Below the pieces are notes generated by a model. That model saw nothing but the letters and a program-made list of their open reading frames with translations, did no database searches and was not told where the DNA came from. Shown here one piece after another: positions 1-10,960 of a stretch of 64,000 nucleotides of DNA. The stretch is from NCBI GenBank assembly GCA_918797485.1, contig CAKKNE010000001.1, forward strand, positions 2,232,001 through 2,296,000, read 5' to 3'. Numbering within the stretch: position 1 is the stretch's first letter; each line of letters starts with the position of its first letter. The DNA is from Pelagomonas calceolata. Taxonomy: Eukaryota. The position numbers and the translations under genes were made by a program.

Positions 1-200
1 TGTTGGTCTTCAGGGGCGAAGAATGGATCTCTCCATCTTACGTGCGGGGGAAGGGTCGACAAAGGGCATCCGGAACGAATCCGGTGGATATCCTCGGCCC
101 GAAGACGTGCACCCGGTGCGCGTCGTCGAACGTCATAACGCCTCATATGTCGTCGAGGGTGGCGGCCGCGGGGGCAGGGGGGGCGCGGCCGGGAACGCCG

Positions 201-2425
201 TCACGCCCAGTGGCGGCGCGTCGACAGCGTGTACGAGTCGCCCTGCACCGCGAGCGGCTCCTTGCGGCCCGACGTCGGCACGCAGTCCTTGGCCGTCTCC
301 ATCGACGAGCGGTTCGACACGAGCTTGTTCACGCGGCAGCACGCCGTCGCCGCGACCGCCAACGCGACGAGCGCCGCGATCAACCCGGCGATGGCCACGG
401 CGCCGGCCTTCTCGACGTCGGACTTCTTCGCGCCCTTTTTGGAACCGCCCGAAAATCCCAAGTCGCGCATGGCCTGCTCGCAGCCAGCCTCGCACGTCGT
501 GTCGACCGCATCCAAGGGCGACTCCGTCGCGTCCAGCTGCGTCTTGAGGGCGGCGTTCTCGGTCTCGAGGTCCTCGACGCGCTGCATGAGGGCGTCGAAG
601 TCCTCCTTCTCCTGCGCGGGGCGGGGACGCGTCGACGGCGACTCTCTCCGACAGCGGTGCGCCATCGACGCGTCACCTCCGAAGGCAATCAATAAACGAC
701 GCAACTCACCACGGAGCCCCAGCCGTGGTCGTGGTCGCCGCCCGGGCCGTCGTGGTCGCCGCCGTCCTCGGCCTCGTCGCCGTCGCCTTCGATCAAATCG
801 GACTGCACGCCCAGCGCGTACTCGTAGTAGTGGCGGCGCTTCGCCGAGATGACGTAGTCGAGCTGGCCGCCGCCCTTGTCCGTGTCGTATTCCTGTGTGG
901 TGTACCGTCGGGTGCGTTCGATACTTCATGGGCAAGTGACCGATACGCGATTCGAACGCGTAACCTTCGATTATGACGCGCTACTGTTGCGCCAATCGGT
1001 CGAAGGCGTCCGTAGAAGAATAGGACGCGGCCCGCGGTACGAAGGTCCACTCCGGCTCGTCGTCGGTCTTCATCATCCCGATGGCCTTCTGGGCCATCTC
1101 CAGGACGTCGGCGGGCACGGGCTGGAAGTTGTACAGCTTCACCATCTCCTGACCTCGCGGCGACAGCACGAACTCGACCCAGGCCTTCAGCAACGGTCCT
1201 TTTTTGTTGTTGCCCGTCTGGTCCTCGCGGATGTACATGTAGGAGATGGCCACGATGGGCCAGGTCGTCTCGCCCGGCATATTATGTAAAGAAACTTCGC
1301 TGAAGTCCGCAGCAGGATCGTCGGGCATGACGCCCGTCTTCAGCGCTTCTTCCGCGGCCATCTGCACGCCGCCCTGCGCGATGGAGGCCGACGTCGTCCA
1401 GTAGTTCCCGTCCTTGTTCTGGAGGGCGATCTCGTGCAACCCGTCCTCGATGCCATGACCCGAGTCGATGTAGCCGATACTCCACTCCGTGGCGGCGATC
1501 ATGGCGCTCATCTGGCCGCTGCCTTCGACGTTGAACGTCGACGCGGGCCAGTCGATCTTCGACCCGACCTTGTCGGCCGGCCACTTGTCGGGACACGCCG
1601 CGTGCAAATACTGCGTGATGCCCTTTGTGGTCGAGGAGCCGTAGGTCCGGTGGTAGACCACAATCTTCTCGCCGGACGGCGGATCGAAGTCGCCGTCCTG
1701 AATCTCAAGAATAGCTTCGTCGTCCCACGTCGTAATGACACCGTTGAAGATGTCCGCGAGCACGCAGGCCGTGAGCTTGAGGCCGTTGTCCGGCTGGTAG
1801 TCGGCAGGAACGTTGTCGAAGAAGGCCATGGCGCCCAATGCGAAGGGCACGTGGAGCACTTCGACGCCCGCACTTCTCATGGCGTCGTACTTGTCCTTCG
1901 GGAAGGGCATGTCGCCGCTGCCGAAGTCGTTGTAGGCGCCGCCCTCGTGGGCGTTGACGGCGAGCGGGTCGTCGTCGGTGTTGCCCATGAACTCGTACCT
2001 GTACAACATCGCGTCGATGGCGTGGGGCGCCCGAACTTTGATTTCCACTCAGACTCGCACTGGCCCGTCGACGAGCCGACGGCTCGGTACGTGATGCGGA
2101 CGGCGGGCTTGGCGCGCGCCATGAAGATGGAGCCGACCTCCCAGAAGTACTTGGACGGGTTCGTCGTGCCCGAGCCTGCGTGGGTTTGATTTTTTGTGTT
2201 CGCGGAAACTTGACGTCGGAACGGCGTCGGCGGTTTTGTGTGCGCGGCGGCGCCGTCCTCGCCACAGGGCGATCGGCGCGATGACCTCTACGACCGCATC
2301 TGATCCGCGCCGCGGATCGCCGCCGCGGTTGATTGCAACACCGGTGCTTCACCATCGAGCTCGATGAGAGCGCCGTCCTGGGCGGCGGCGCCAATGGCGA
2401 GGGCGAGCGCGGTGAGAATGCGCAT
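201..2425 (-). CDS. PstS-like phosphate-binding protein with signal peptide, coiled coil and C-terminal TM anchor (5 exons)
   Basis: Hand-spliced exons 2425-2353, 2175-2061, 1998-1041, 892-710 and 611-201, all with GT-AG introns that keep frame. The protein starts MRILTALALAIGAAAQ and has PstS motifs GSGTTNP, YRAVGSSTG, DFGSGD, HRTYGSSTT and WPIVAISY. The 3' end is less certain. Confidence 0.85.
1999..2052 (-). mobile_element. Introner element (degenerate) forming intron 1999-2060
   Basis: Left end CTGAGTGGAAATCAAA, internal CGCCATCGACGCG, ends in ACAG. The 8-bp TSD is GTGCGAGT/GTACGAGT and the GT donor lies in the first copy. Confidence 0.75.
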
Positions 2426-2566
2426 CGTGAGGACCGCGATTGCTAGCTCTGCGGGTCAGAGCGTCGGTTGCGACGCGTTTTTTGTGTCTAGCGAGGCTGC
2501 GCTTGGTTTGAGCTCGTGCTCTGCTGACAAGGGAGAGCAAGGTCAGTTTTTGTGGTGCTATCAGCG

Positions 2567-2812
2567 ATGTCGCTGCTGAATCGCCTCACCCTGCTATGCG
2601 CAGCGCAAAGCGGCACCGCACTCGTGCTCAACACCCTCAAATCAGCCACAGTCCTCGACCCTGCCATGGAATGGACTTGTGATCTGCGCCGCCGACCCGG
2701 GGTAGATGAAGATGAGCAGGCCCGTGAGCGCCAGGCGCCGGAAGCACTCGAAGATGACGAGGTGCGCGGCCCGTCATGGACCCGTACGTCCATCGTACCC
2801 GCCACGGCCTAG
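2567..2812 (+). CDS. Small hypothetical protein, possible signal peptide
   Basis: ATG ORF divergent from the PstS-like gene with a hydrophobic N-terminus. No recognisable domain. Confidence 0.3.
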   Translation: MSLLNRLTLLCAAQSGTALVLNTLKSATVLDPAMEWTCDLRRRPGVDEDEQARERQAPEALEDDEVRGPSWTRTSIVPATA

Positions 2813-3053
2813 GCCGCCGGGGACCATTCCCGTACGGCACGGCCACGGTGCTAGTAGTAAGTATATAATGGTTATAAGTCGAGGGATGGCTCGAGAGAGG
2901 AAATACGATTCAACTTCCCGGCGGTCTGGAATCACACGTCGATCTCGGGACGCGGGGAGGGGGAGGGAGGCACGGGCGGCGCGCTGCGGAGCGCGGCGTG
3001 CATGTAGGGGTAGAGGCGCACGGGCGGCGCGCTCCGTATGTGCATAGGGATGC

Positions 3054-3455
3054 TCAATCTGAGGATCGAGCGCCAGCGTCTGGTCCGGCGGGCGCCTCGC
3101 CCGTCTTCGCTTCGGGAGCGCCGCGCGCCTCCCGGGCGGCCGGGCGCTTCGCGCCGGCGATCGACGAGAGCCAGCCGCCCGCCGCCGATGGCTCCCCCGC
3201 CGCCTTCCCCTCGGGCGCGCCGTCGATCTTGATCTCGACCGCGTCGACCGAGTCCTCGTCGCCGCGCGCCTCCTGCTCGCGCCAGCGCCGTTGCTTCTTT
3301 CCCCGCTTCTTGCGGAGCTTGGCGAGCATCGGCTTGAAGATGAGCCCCAGCGCCACCATGGGCAGGACCGCGGCCGCGAGCAGGACGACCGCGACGATCC
3401 ACTGCAGGTCCTTGTCGTGGAGCGAGGTCTCGGTGCGGATCATGAAGCAGACCAG
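3054..3455 (-). pseudogene. Out-of-frame C-terminal TM and cytosolic-tail segment of the FG-GAP adhesin gene
   Basis: LVCFMIRTETSLHDKDLQWIVAVVLLAAAVLPMVALGLIF is followed by a basic stop-transfer. It is in a different frame from the ORF ending at 3440, with no room for an intron. Confidence 0.5.
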
Positions 3456-5927
3456 AGGTAGAGGCCATCGCAGCACTCGCACTGACCGTCGCCCGGGGAG
3501 GCGCAGAAGTTTTTGTCAAATTCCGTAAACTCGATCACCGCAGAAGCTTCGTTGCCTCCTCCGTTTGAATTGTCCTTCGCCGTAATGCCCACGAGCTCGA
3601 CGTGTTCGAAACCTCTGATCGTGATCACATTCCTCATCTTCTGGTCGTTCTGGTCGCCATTCTGGTCAAAGTCCGTGTCGCGAATCGAAAGCGTCCGGGA
3701 GCCTGATTCGCCGTCCAGGTAAAAGGCGCCGCCGTGTTCGCCGCAGCTACACTCCCCTACGCGCGAGCCCGTGATCTCGACGTCTCGTACTTCGGCGGCC
3801 ACGATCGCGCCGCCGTTGCCCTCGCCGTCGGGTGCGGTGCAGCGAGTAAAAGTCGAGTCTCGGACCGTGAGCGTCGAAGCGTCCCCCGCTGCGTAGATCG
3901 CACCGCCACCGAGCCAACTCTTTTTGTCTTCCTTCTCGGCGTCATTGGGATAAACTAGCGAGCAGTCGACAAAGGTCGAACTGACGACGGTGACCTCCGC
4001 GTCGACGGCGTGGATGGCACCGCCGTTATTTGACGCTTCGCAGCCGTCGAATGTGACATCTGTCACCGTCAGCGCGCCGTTTTCGACGGCGAGGCAGCCG
4101 CCGTTTTCCTGCGCCGCCAGCGCGCGGCGAGCGGACCCCGGCGCCAGCGCGCGGCGGCGCCCTGAGCTCGACGTGAGCTTCACGTTGCGCAACGAGAGCG
4201 CCGCGCCTTGGACCGCGAAGCTGCCCGTGACATCAAAGCCCTGGCCGTCGACGACGAGGTCCGACGTGACGTCCACCGGGTCGTCGCCCAGGTCGATGTT
4301 GTCGCCCAGCGCGACTTTCGTCGTCGACGCGTCATTCACGGCGCTGCGCAGCTCCGACGCGTCGTTCACGACCGTGGCGACCAGCTGCGTCGGCATCGGC
4401 GTCGGACGCGGCGTGGGCGACGGCGCCGGCCGCGGTGTGGGCTGCGGCGCGGCTGCAAGCGGCCGGGGCGTCGGCGCGGGCACGGGCCGCGGCGTCGGCG
4501 CAGGAACGGGCCGGGGTGTGGGCTCGCCCGGTTTCGGCGTGGGCTCCGGCGTCAATTCCGCAAGAAGCGCAAACACGTAGGCTGAGCCCGATTCGGAGCC
4601 GGCGTCGTCGTCGCCGCGGGCCCCGGCCACGAGGGTGCCGCCCTCGATCGCCACGGAGGTTCCGAACCAGTCGCTGGCCGCGGCGTCCAAGGCGGTTACC
4701 TTCTCGAGCTCGTCGTACGTGGCGCCGCCGTCGTTCGTGCGGAACACGTAGACCGCGCCCGGGCCGTCGTCTTCGCCGTCTCCCGTATTGCCTTCGTTTT
4801 CGGCCGCGATGGCGATGGTGTCGCCGTCGATCGCCACCTTCTGGCCGAACTTGTCGTCCTCTGCGGCGTCGCCGGCTATGAGCTTCGCCAGCTGGGCGCC
4901 GTCGCTCGCGCTGAAGACGTAGACCGAGCCCGAGTCTTTGCGGTCCCCGGCCACGATGGTGTCCCCGTCGATCGCCACGGCGTAGCCCAGGCTGTCGCTG
5001 CCCGCGACCGTCAACTTGTCCACCTCGCCGTACGTCGCGCCGCCGTCGTCTGCGCGGAAATCGGCCGGGGCTCGGGGCGACCCCTCGGATCCTGGAACGA
5101 AAAGGTCAATTTCTACGCCGGCCGTCGCCCGTGCGGAAGACGTAGACCGCGCCCGGGCTGGCCATCGCTCCGATGGCGACGACACCGCCGGAGATGTCCA
5201 GGGAGTAGGCGAATTTGTCGTTCGACCCGGCGTCGGAGGCCGTCAGCTTGGCTACCTGGCCGTACGAGGCGCCGCCGTCGGTCGTGCGGAAGACGTAGGC
5301 CGCGTTCTGCTTGTACGCCGAGATCGCGAGGGCGTCGCCGTCCATCGCCACCGCCCAGCCGAAGCGAAGCTCGTCGCCCGCCGCGGCGTCGTCGGCCGCC
5401 AAAATGTCCACCTGGGTGTACGTGGCGTTGTCCGTCGTGCGGAAAACGTAGACGGCGCCCAGGCTATTGGCTCCCCTGTCGGGGGCCCCGATCATGACCG
5501 TGGCGCCCTTGACGGCCACGGCATAGCCGAAGTCATCGCCCGCAGCGCCGTCGGAGGCCGTCAAAAGGTCCACTTCCACGTACGTGTTTCCGCCGTCGGT
5601 CGTGCGGAGGACGTAGGCCGCGCCGCCGGTGCCAGCGCCGGGGGCGCCGATGACCACGGTGTTCCCTTCGATCGCCACGGACCGGCCGAAGTTGTGGGCC
5701 GCCGCGCCGTCGCTGGCCGTCAATTTCTCGAGCTCCGAGGAGCTCAACCGCCGCCGGCCGTCCTCCTCGAACGCGAGCGACCACGGCTGCTCGTTCGCGA
5801 CGACTCTCGCGTTGGCTATGGCTGCGGCAGGACGCTCGTGCGCCTGCACCGAGACGAGCAGCATGCCTACAAGGAGGCGCGAGGCAGCCCCTGGCGCAGC
5901 ACGCTTTTTGCCGAGGCCGCGCGCCAT
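3440..5927 (-). CDS. FG-GAP repeat + Pro/Thr linker + parallel beta-helix (GGAI repeat) surface protein
   Basis: Repeats of KLTASD..A.D.FG.SVAIDG.T.V.GA, then a PTPRP linker, then GGAIHA/GGAIYA/GGAFY repeats. Two ORFs are joined by a GC-AG intron at 5050-5128. Confidence 0.8.
5050..5120 (-). mobile_element. Introner element forming GC-AG intron 5050-5128
   Basis: Imperfect TIRs CGGCGTAGAAATTGACC / GGCCGATTTCCGCGCAG and 8-bp TSD GCGACGGC/ACGACGGC. Splicing restores the repeat FRT-D-DGGATY. Confidence 0.8.
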
Positions 5928-6447
5928 GGCTGCGTGGGTGTCCGCCCTAAGATTTCTTCTCGGTTTGGGCTGTTGCTCCCGTCGCTCCCGGGACTCGCGG
6001 GTAAGGACTCGCTGCTCCCACTTCCCACAGTGCCTCAACTGGAAGGGGTTCACGCCCGTGCAAAATAGAACTCCCCGGGCCCACGTGGAGATATCTGCAC
6101 TTGTCTTGGCTGGGCCGGACCGCCTCTGGCGGGAAATGGCACGCCCGGCTTATCTTGTTTCGGGGGTCGGGGCGCGAGCCGGGTCTGGGGTCCTGAACAT
6201 CGATAGGCTACGCGCGCATCCTCGACGGCGTCCGCGTTCGTCCGACGGTGTTTCGGGCGCCGGGCGAGGCTCGCGGGCTCGGAGAAGTGTCGGCGGCCGG
6301 CGGCCGCGGTTTCGCGGGCCGAATCGCGGCAGCATGGGCTTGGATTGGTTTGGGAGCAAGAGAAGCGTTTTAGACGGGGACGAAGGTATCAATTTATACG
6401 GCCCTGCGTGCGGGTGCCAGAACGTATATACAGCCTATAGATTCTAG

Positions 6448-6777
6448 GTAGGCCAGGATGGTAGCCCACGGTGCCTCGCCGCGAAACTGAAAATCATCAA
6501 CGAAGGCAACAAACAAGCTACGAAGTTTTACATTGCAAAGCCCCATAATGAAACCAACCAAATTGGGTATTTAGATTCCAACATTGATTGTGTAACGGCT
6601 GGCAGTAAAGTCGTCGCGTTAGTGTCTATCCAAGGAGCTTGGATTTACGTCTGCTGGGTGTTCTGCATCTCGCCTGCGGTCCGCGGCGCGGTAGTCGGCG
6701 AGCAAGGATACATAATGCACAAGACTGAGGCTTTCCTCTCGCGACCGACGAGCGGTTTCTATAAGCGCGTACACTAA
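6448..6777 (+). other. AT-richer 109-codon open frame without ATG; possible OB-fold/ssDNA-binding-like fragment
   Basis: Stop-to-stop frame VGQDGSPRCLAAKLKIINEGNKQATKFY...IDCVTAGSKVVALVSIQGAWIYV with lower GC than its flanks. Confidence 0.3.
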
Positions 6778-6938
6778 CACGGTCGAAAGGCACTGTGGAG
6801 GTACGCAAACGCCGAGAGCGCGCGTTTTCGTGCTATACCGCTGCAATAATCTCGGAAAATCATACCAGTGAAAACCCGTCTCGAGGCTTTCGTGCTAACC
6901 CGTAGAACGAAGCGGAAACATGCCCTGTCACAAAACTT

Positions 6939-7613
6939 TCAACTTACCCCATCACCACCTCCCGCCGGAGGCCTCAGCACGGCCCCGACGCCGCCCGGCA
7001 GGCGCCCCCGCGTAGGATCATCACTAGCCTCGTACAACCGCACCATGCCGAAACAATCGGAGCCCGTCTGGCAGGCGTCCCAGGCCGCGCCCGACGGGTG
7101 CGAGCAGAAGGTCACGAGGCGCAGGCCCCGCTGCACCGCCTCTAACAGCCGTTTGTCGAGCACGGCGAACGTCGTCGGTAATAAATGAGCGTAGCACGCG
7201 TCGACGCCCTCCAAACCAATGGGAGGCGGCCCCGCGCCCTCGACCATGGCGCAGAAGTCCGCCTGGTGGAACGCGCGCTCCGGAAAGCGCTCTCTCGCCG
7301 CCTCGACGCACTCCATCCTAATATCGACACCAATACCGCGGCAGCCCGCGATCGTCGTCACGCCGTCGACGACCCGCCCATCCCCGCAGCCCAGGTCCAG
7401 GAACGTCGTGTTCGCATCGAGGCGCGCCAGACGGGCTATAGAGTCGAACATGCAGTCGGGCGTGTGCACGACCGGCACGATGCACCCGTCCGGCGGCACC
7501 TCATCTTCTAATCGCTCGAGGGTCTTCTCCGTCTGGGACAGCGTCGCGCGGCACCGCCCGAGCGTCTCGGCGAGCTGGGCTTTCACGTCGGCGGCGTTTG
7601 TCTGGGCAGCCAT
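6939..7613 (-). CDS. Class I SAM-dependent methyltransferase
   Basis: ATG at 7613 (MAAQTNAA), N-terminal coiled coil, motif I FLDLGCGDGRV and post-I GIGVDI. Confidence 0.8.
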   Translation of the reverse strand: MAAQTNAADVKAQLAETLGRCRATLSQTEKTLERLEDEVPPDGCIVPVVHTPDCMFDSIARLARLDANTTFLDLGCGDGRVVDGVTTIAGCRGIGVDIRMECVEAARERFPERAFHQADFCAMVEGAGPPPIGLEGVDACYAHLLPTTFAVLDKRLLEAVQRGLRLVTFCSHPSGAAWDACQTGSDCFGMVRLYEASDDPTRGRLPGGVGAVLRPPAGGGDGVS

Positions 7614-8020
7614 GTGTCTCTCGCTGGTGCTGCGCGTTGCGAGACTGCTTTGCGACGCGTTGATGGCGTGGCTGTGCTTCTGGCTGCTCCACCTGAGCCA
7701 GGCCCTGATAGCTGCCCGACGAGGCCGGAGCCGTGCGAGGCAGCGAGAGACGGCGGCTCCGGCTGTGCTCGAGGCACGGGCGCGCCGACGCGACTGGCTG
7801 CGACGCCCGCCGCTCTCGCGCGCTGCGAAGCCCGGCGCTCCGCGAGGTACTAGGTGGGTGCTGCTCCGGCTCCGGATCGATCCCGAGCGAGGACATACCT
7901 CGGCGACCGTTCCGCGCGACCGGACGGGTCCTCGTCGCCCCCAGGCCGAAGATCTAAGTGTCGATCCTGCTAGTGCTTGACGCCAATCTGCGCCGCAAGC
8001 TCGCGTCGTGAAGATCAAAA

Positions 8021-10160
8021 ATGCTGCGACGGAGGCTACAGGTGCAATTGCAGCGTCGGTTTTCCATGAACATGGCTCGGGCAGCCGCGTGTCGCGCCGT
8101 CGTGGAGGCGTGATGCTGCGAATCGCCCCATCGAGGTGCCGCAAGGCTGCAAACCCAGACGCGCCCCGATCCGCCCGCCGCAATGCTCCGTCCCGCGGCG
8201 GGACCGCATCGCTGCCGCGCCATCGACGCGAGACGCTGGACACTATGCAGCTGCGCGATGTGATGGATGAACGAACGCGCCGCGCCGACGGTAACGGTAA
8301 CACACGCAGGTCCTCGCCGCGCTGGCGCTGGCCAGCGGCTTCGTGCCGGTGCCGCCGCGGACGGTGCGCGCGCCGCCGCAGAACATGAAGAAGCCGGGCA
8401 AGCCCACCGAGGAGGGTCCGCTGCCCGGCCTCTCGGAGGAGAACTACGCGGTGCTGCCCGCGATTCTTGGGATCGGCGTGATCTCGCCCATCCTCTTGGT
8501 GGCCCAGGCGTTCCTGCCGGCGCCGACCGCCGCGCCGCCCAAGAAGAAGGGCGCGAAGGCGAGCGCGAAGGCGCCGACCAAGAAGCCCGCGGCCGCGAAG
8601 ATGGAGCTCCCGAAGATGGCCATGCCGTCCCTGCCGAAGCGCGAGAAAAAGGCGCCTAAGCCCAAGGCCCCGCCGAAGCCCAAGGCCGTCAAGGCGCCGA
8701 AGGCGCCCAAGGCCGCGCCCGCGCCGGCACCCGAGCCGGCGCCGGCGCCGGCGCCCGCGCCCGCGCCCGCGCCGCCGTCCGCCGAGGAGCTCGAGCGCGC
8801 GCGCCTCAACGAAGTGCTGGGCGCCTCGAAGCGCGTCAAGGCGACGACCAAGGCCGGCGCCGTCAAGCCGAAGGCGACGACGGCCGCGCCGGCGCCCGCC
8901 CCGGCGCCCGCGCCCGCCCCGGCGCCCGCGCCGGCGCCGGAGCCGGTCGCCGCGCCCGAGCCGGCGCCGGCGCCCGCGCCCGCGCCCGTCGTGGACGTCA
9001 AGGCCGAGCGGGCCGCGGCCGCCAAGGCGGCGGCCGACCAGCGCGCGGCCGACGCGGCCGCCGCGCGCGACGCCGCGAAGGCCGCGGCCCAGCAGAAGCT
9101 CGAGGCGGCGTCCGCGGCGAAAGCTGCCGCCGCCCAGAAGAAGGCCGACGCGGCGGCCGCCTCTCAGAAGAAGGCCGCCGACGCCGCTGCCGCGAAGCAG
9201 GCTGCCGCCGACGCCGCCGCCCAGAAGAAGGCCGACGCCGCGGCGAGCGCCAAGGCCAGCGCGCAGAAGAAAGCAGATGCTGCTGCGGCCGCTAAGAAAG
9301 CTGCCGCGCAGAAGGCGAGCGACGCGAAAGCCGCCGCCACGAAGAAGGCCCAGGACGCTGCTGCGTCGAAGGCCGCTGCCTCGAAGCAGGCCGCCCAGAA
9401 GAAGTCCGACGCCGCCGCCGCGGCGAAGAAGAAGTCTGCCGACGCGAAAGCGGCCGCTTCCAAGAAGGCCAGCGACGCCAAGCAAGCCGCGGCCAAGAAA
9501 TCCGCGGACGCGAAAGCTGCTGCCTCGAAAAAGGCGTCCGACGCGAAAGCGGCCGCCGCGAAGAAAGCATCTGATGCGAAGGCCGCCTCGGCCAAGAAGG
9601 CGTCGGACGCTAAGGCCGCGGCGAAGGCTAGCGCGCAGAAGAAGTCGGATGCTGCCGCCGCGTCCAAGCGCGCGGCCGCCGACAAAGCCGCGGCCGCGAA
9701 GAAGGTGTGACCTGTGTGGAGATCAAATTTCAGACGCCTCACGCGTTCCACGAATACCCTCACTCACTGGTTGATTTCCCCACAGGCCTCCGCCGACAAG
9801 GCCGCCGCCGCGGCCAAGGCCAAGGCCGACCAGGCCGCGGCCGCGAAGCAGGCAAGCGCTCAGAAGGCGAAGGCCGCGGCTGATAAGGCCGCTGCTGCTA
9901 AACAGGCCGCGGCCGATAAAGCCGCTGCCGCGAAGAAAGCCGCGGCCGACAAAAAGGCGACGGCGGACGCCGCGAAGGCGGCCAAGGCCAAGGCCAAGCC
10001 CGCGCCGAAGCCGAAGGCGGCCCCCGCGCCCGCACCGGCGCCGGCGCCGGCGCCGGCGCCCGCGCCCGAGCCGGCCCCGGCACCCGAGGAACCGGCGGCG
10101 CCCTCTGAGGCGGACATCCTCCGCGATTCGCTCAAGGCGTCGCGCCGGTCCAAGGCTTAG
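8021..10160 (+). CDS. Ala/Lys-rich (TolA-like low-complexity) protein with PA repeats; likely plastid-targeted, one TM
   Basis: Exons 8021-8041, 8310-9704 and 9786-10160. Spliced N-terminus MLRRRLQVLAALALASGFVP (signal + ASAF-like motif), TM ILGIGVISPILLVAQAF, and KKASDAKAA repeats. Confidence 0.75.
9712..9785 (+). mobile_element. Introner element in intron 9705-9785
   Basis: TIRs CTGTGTGGAGATCAA / TTGATTTCCCCACAG with the CTCACTGG subterminal motif. The TSD is eroded. Confidence 0.85.
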
Positions 10161-10343
10161 GCTATGTCGGGGCGTGCTTAGTTTGTAAGATGACGGCAGT
10201 TTATCATTCTCGCCATGTGTTCGCGCTGTGTCGGCAGTGATCGTGGTCGCCCCGCCGGCCTACCACCTACTAATTCATATTGTATAGCTCGGGGAATTTT
10301 TTTCTTTATTGTTTCTACACTTTGATGCGGGTCCGTAGTAGGA

Positions 10344-10424
10344 ATACGTAAATTACGTATAGGGTACCTAGTACGTAGGTACATGAGAGGTATACACCTA
10401 TACCTGGTACCTACCGTAGGTACC
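10344..10424. repeat. Chain of four short GTAC/TATA-rich inverted repeats
   Basis: ATACGTAA-A-TTACGTAT, GTACCTA-GTACG-TAGGTAC, AGGTATA-CACC-TATACCT, GGTACCTAC-C-GTAGGTACC. Confidence 0.8.
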
Positions 10425-10960
10425 GGGTGTACCGGGCGCATCACACCACGGGCGGCCAATCGAAAGTGCTCGGCCGTTTTACCATGCAGCGGGGCCCCAC
10501 AGCAACCGAAACGGGGACGGACCGTCGCTCGCGGCGCCGCGTCCTGGCGAGATGACGTCGCGGCCGCTTCTACGCGTACTAGCTCGTGCCAAGGGATGTA
10601 AAACGGGCTCTCCCAAGCCATTCGGACGATCCCTTCAAAACCCGCGCTCAAAACCAAAAGCAAAACGTAGGTGGTCTTTGTCGTCCCGCGCGCGTCAATT
10701 TTGCCGCAGCGCTGCTGAGCAGCGCGGAGGAGTTCACCGCTGACCAGAGCAAGCGCCCCGCGCGATTACACGCGCCAGCGGGACCGATACGGCCCGTAAG
10801 CAAGGAGGGTCATATCAGGACCGCGCCACCGCTAAGCGACGCACCAGACGCCGCGCCGCCGCCGCCAGCTACCCAGCTGTAGCGCCGCACCGAAGCGCCG
10901 CCCCTGCGCACCGTCGCGCCGCCACAAGCGCCGCAAAAGCGCCGAGCCGCGTGACCGACG

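Noticed and set aside
981..2048. Bacterial contamination or a pst operon
   Set aside because: The gene has spliceosomal introns and eukaryotic neighbours, and no pstCAB is present.
6939..9485. 848-aa minus-strand ORF
   Set aside because: Only 7613-6939 is a real methyltransferase. The rest is the antisense shadow of the Ala/Lys-rich gene.
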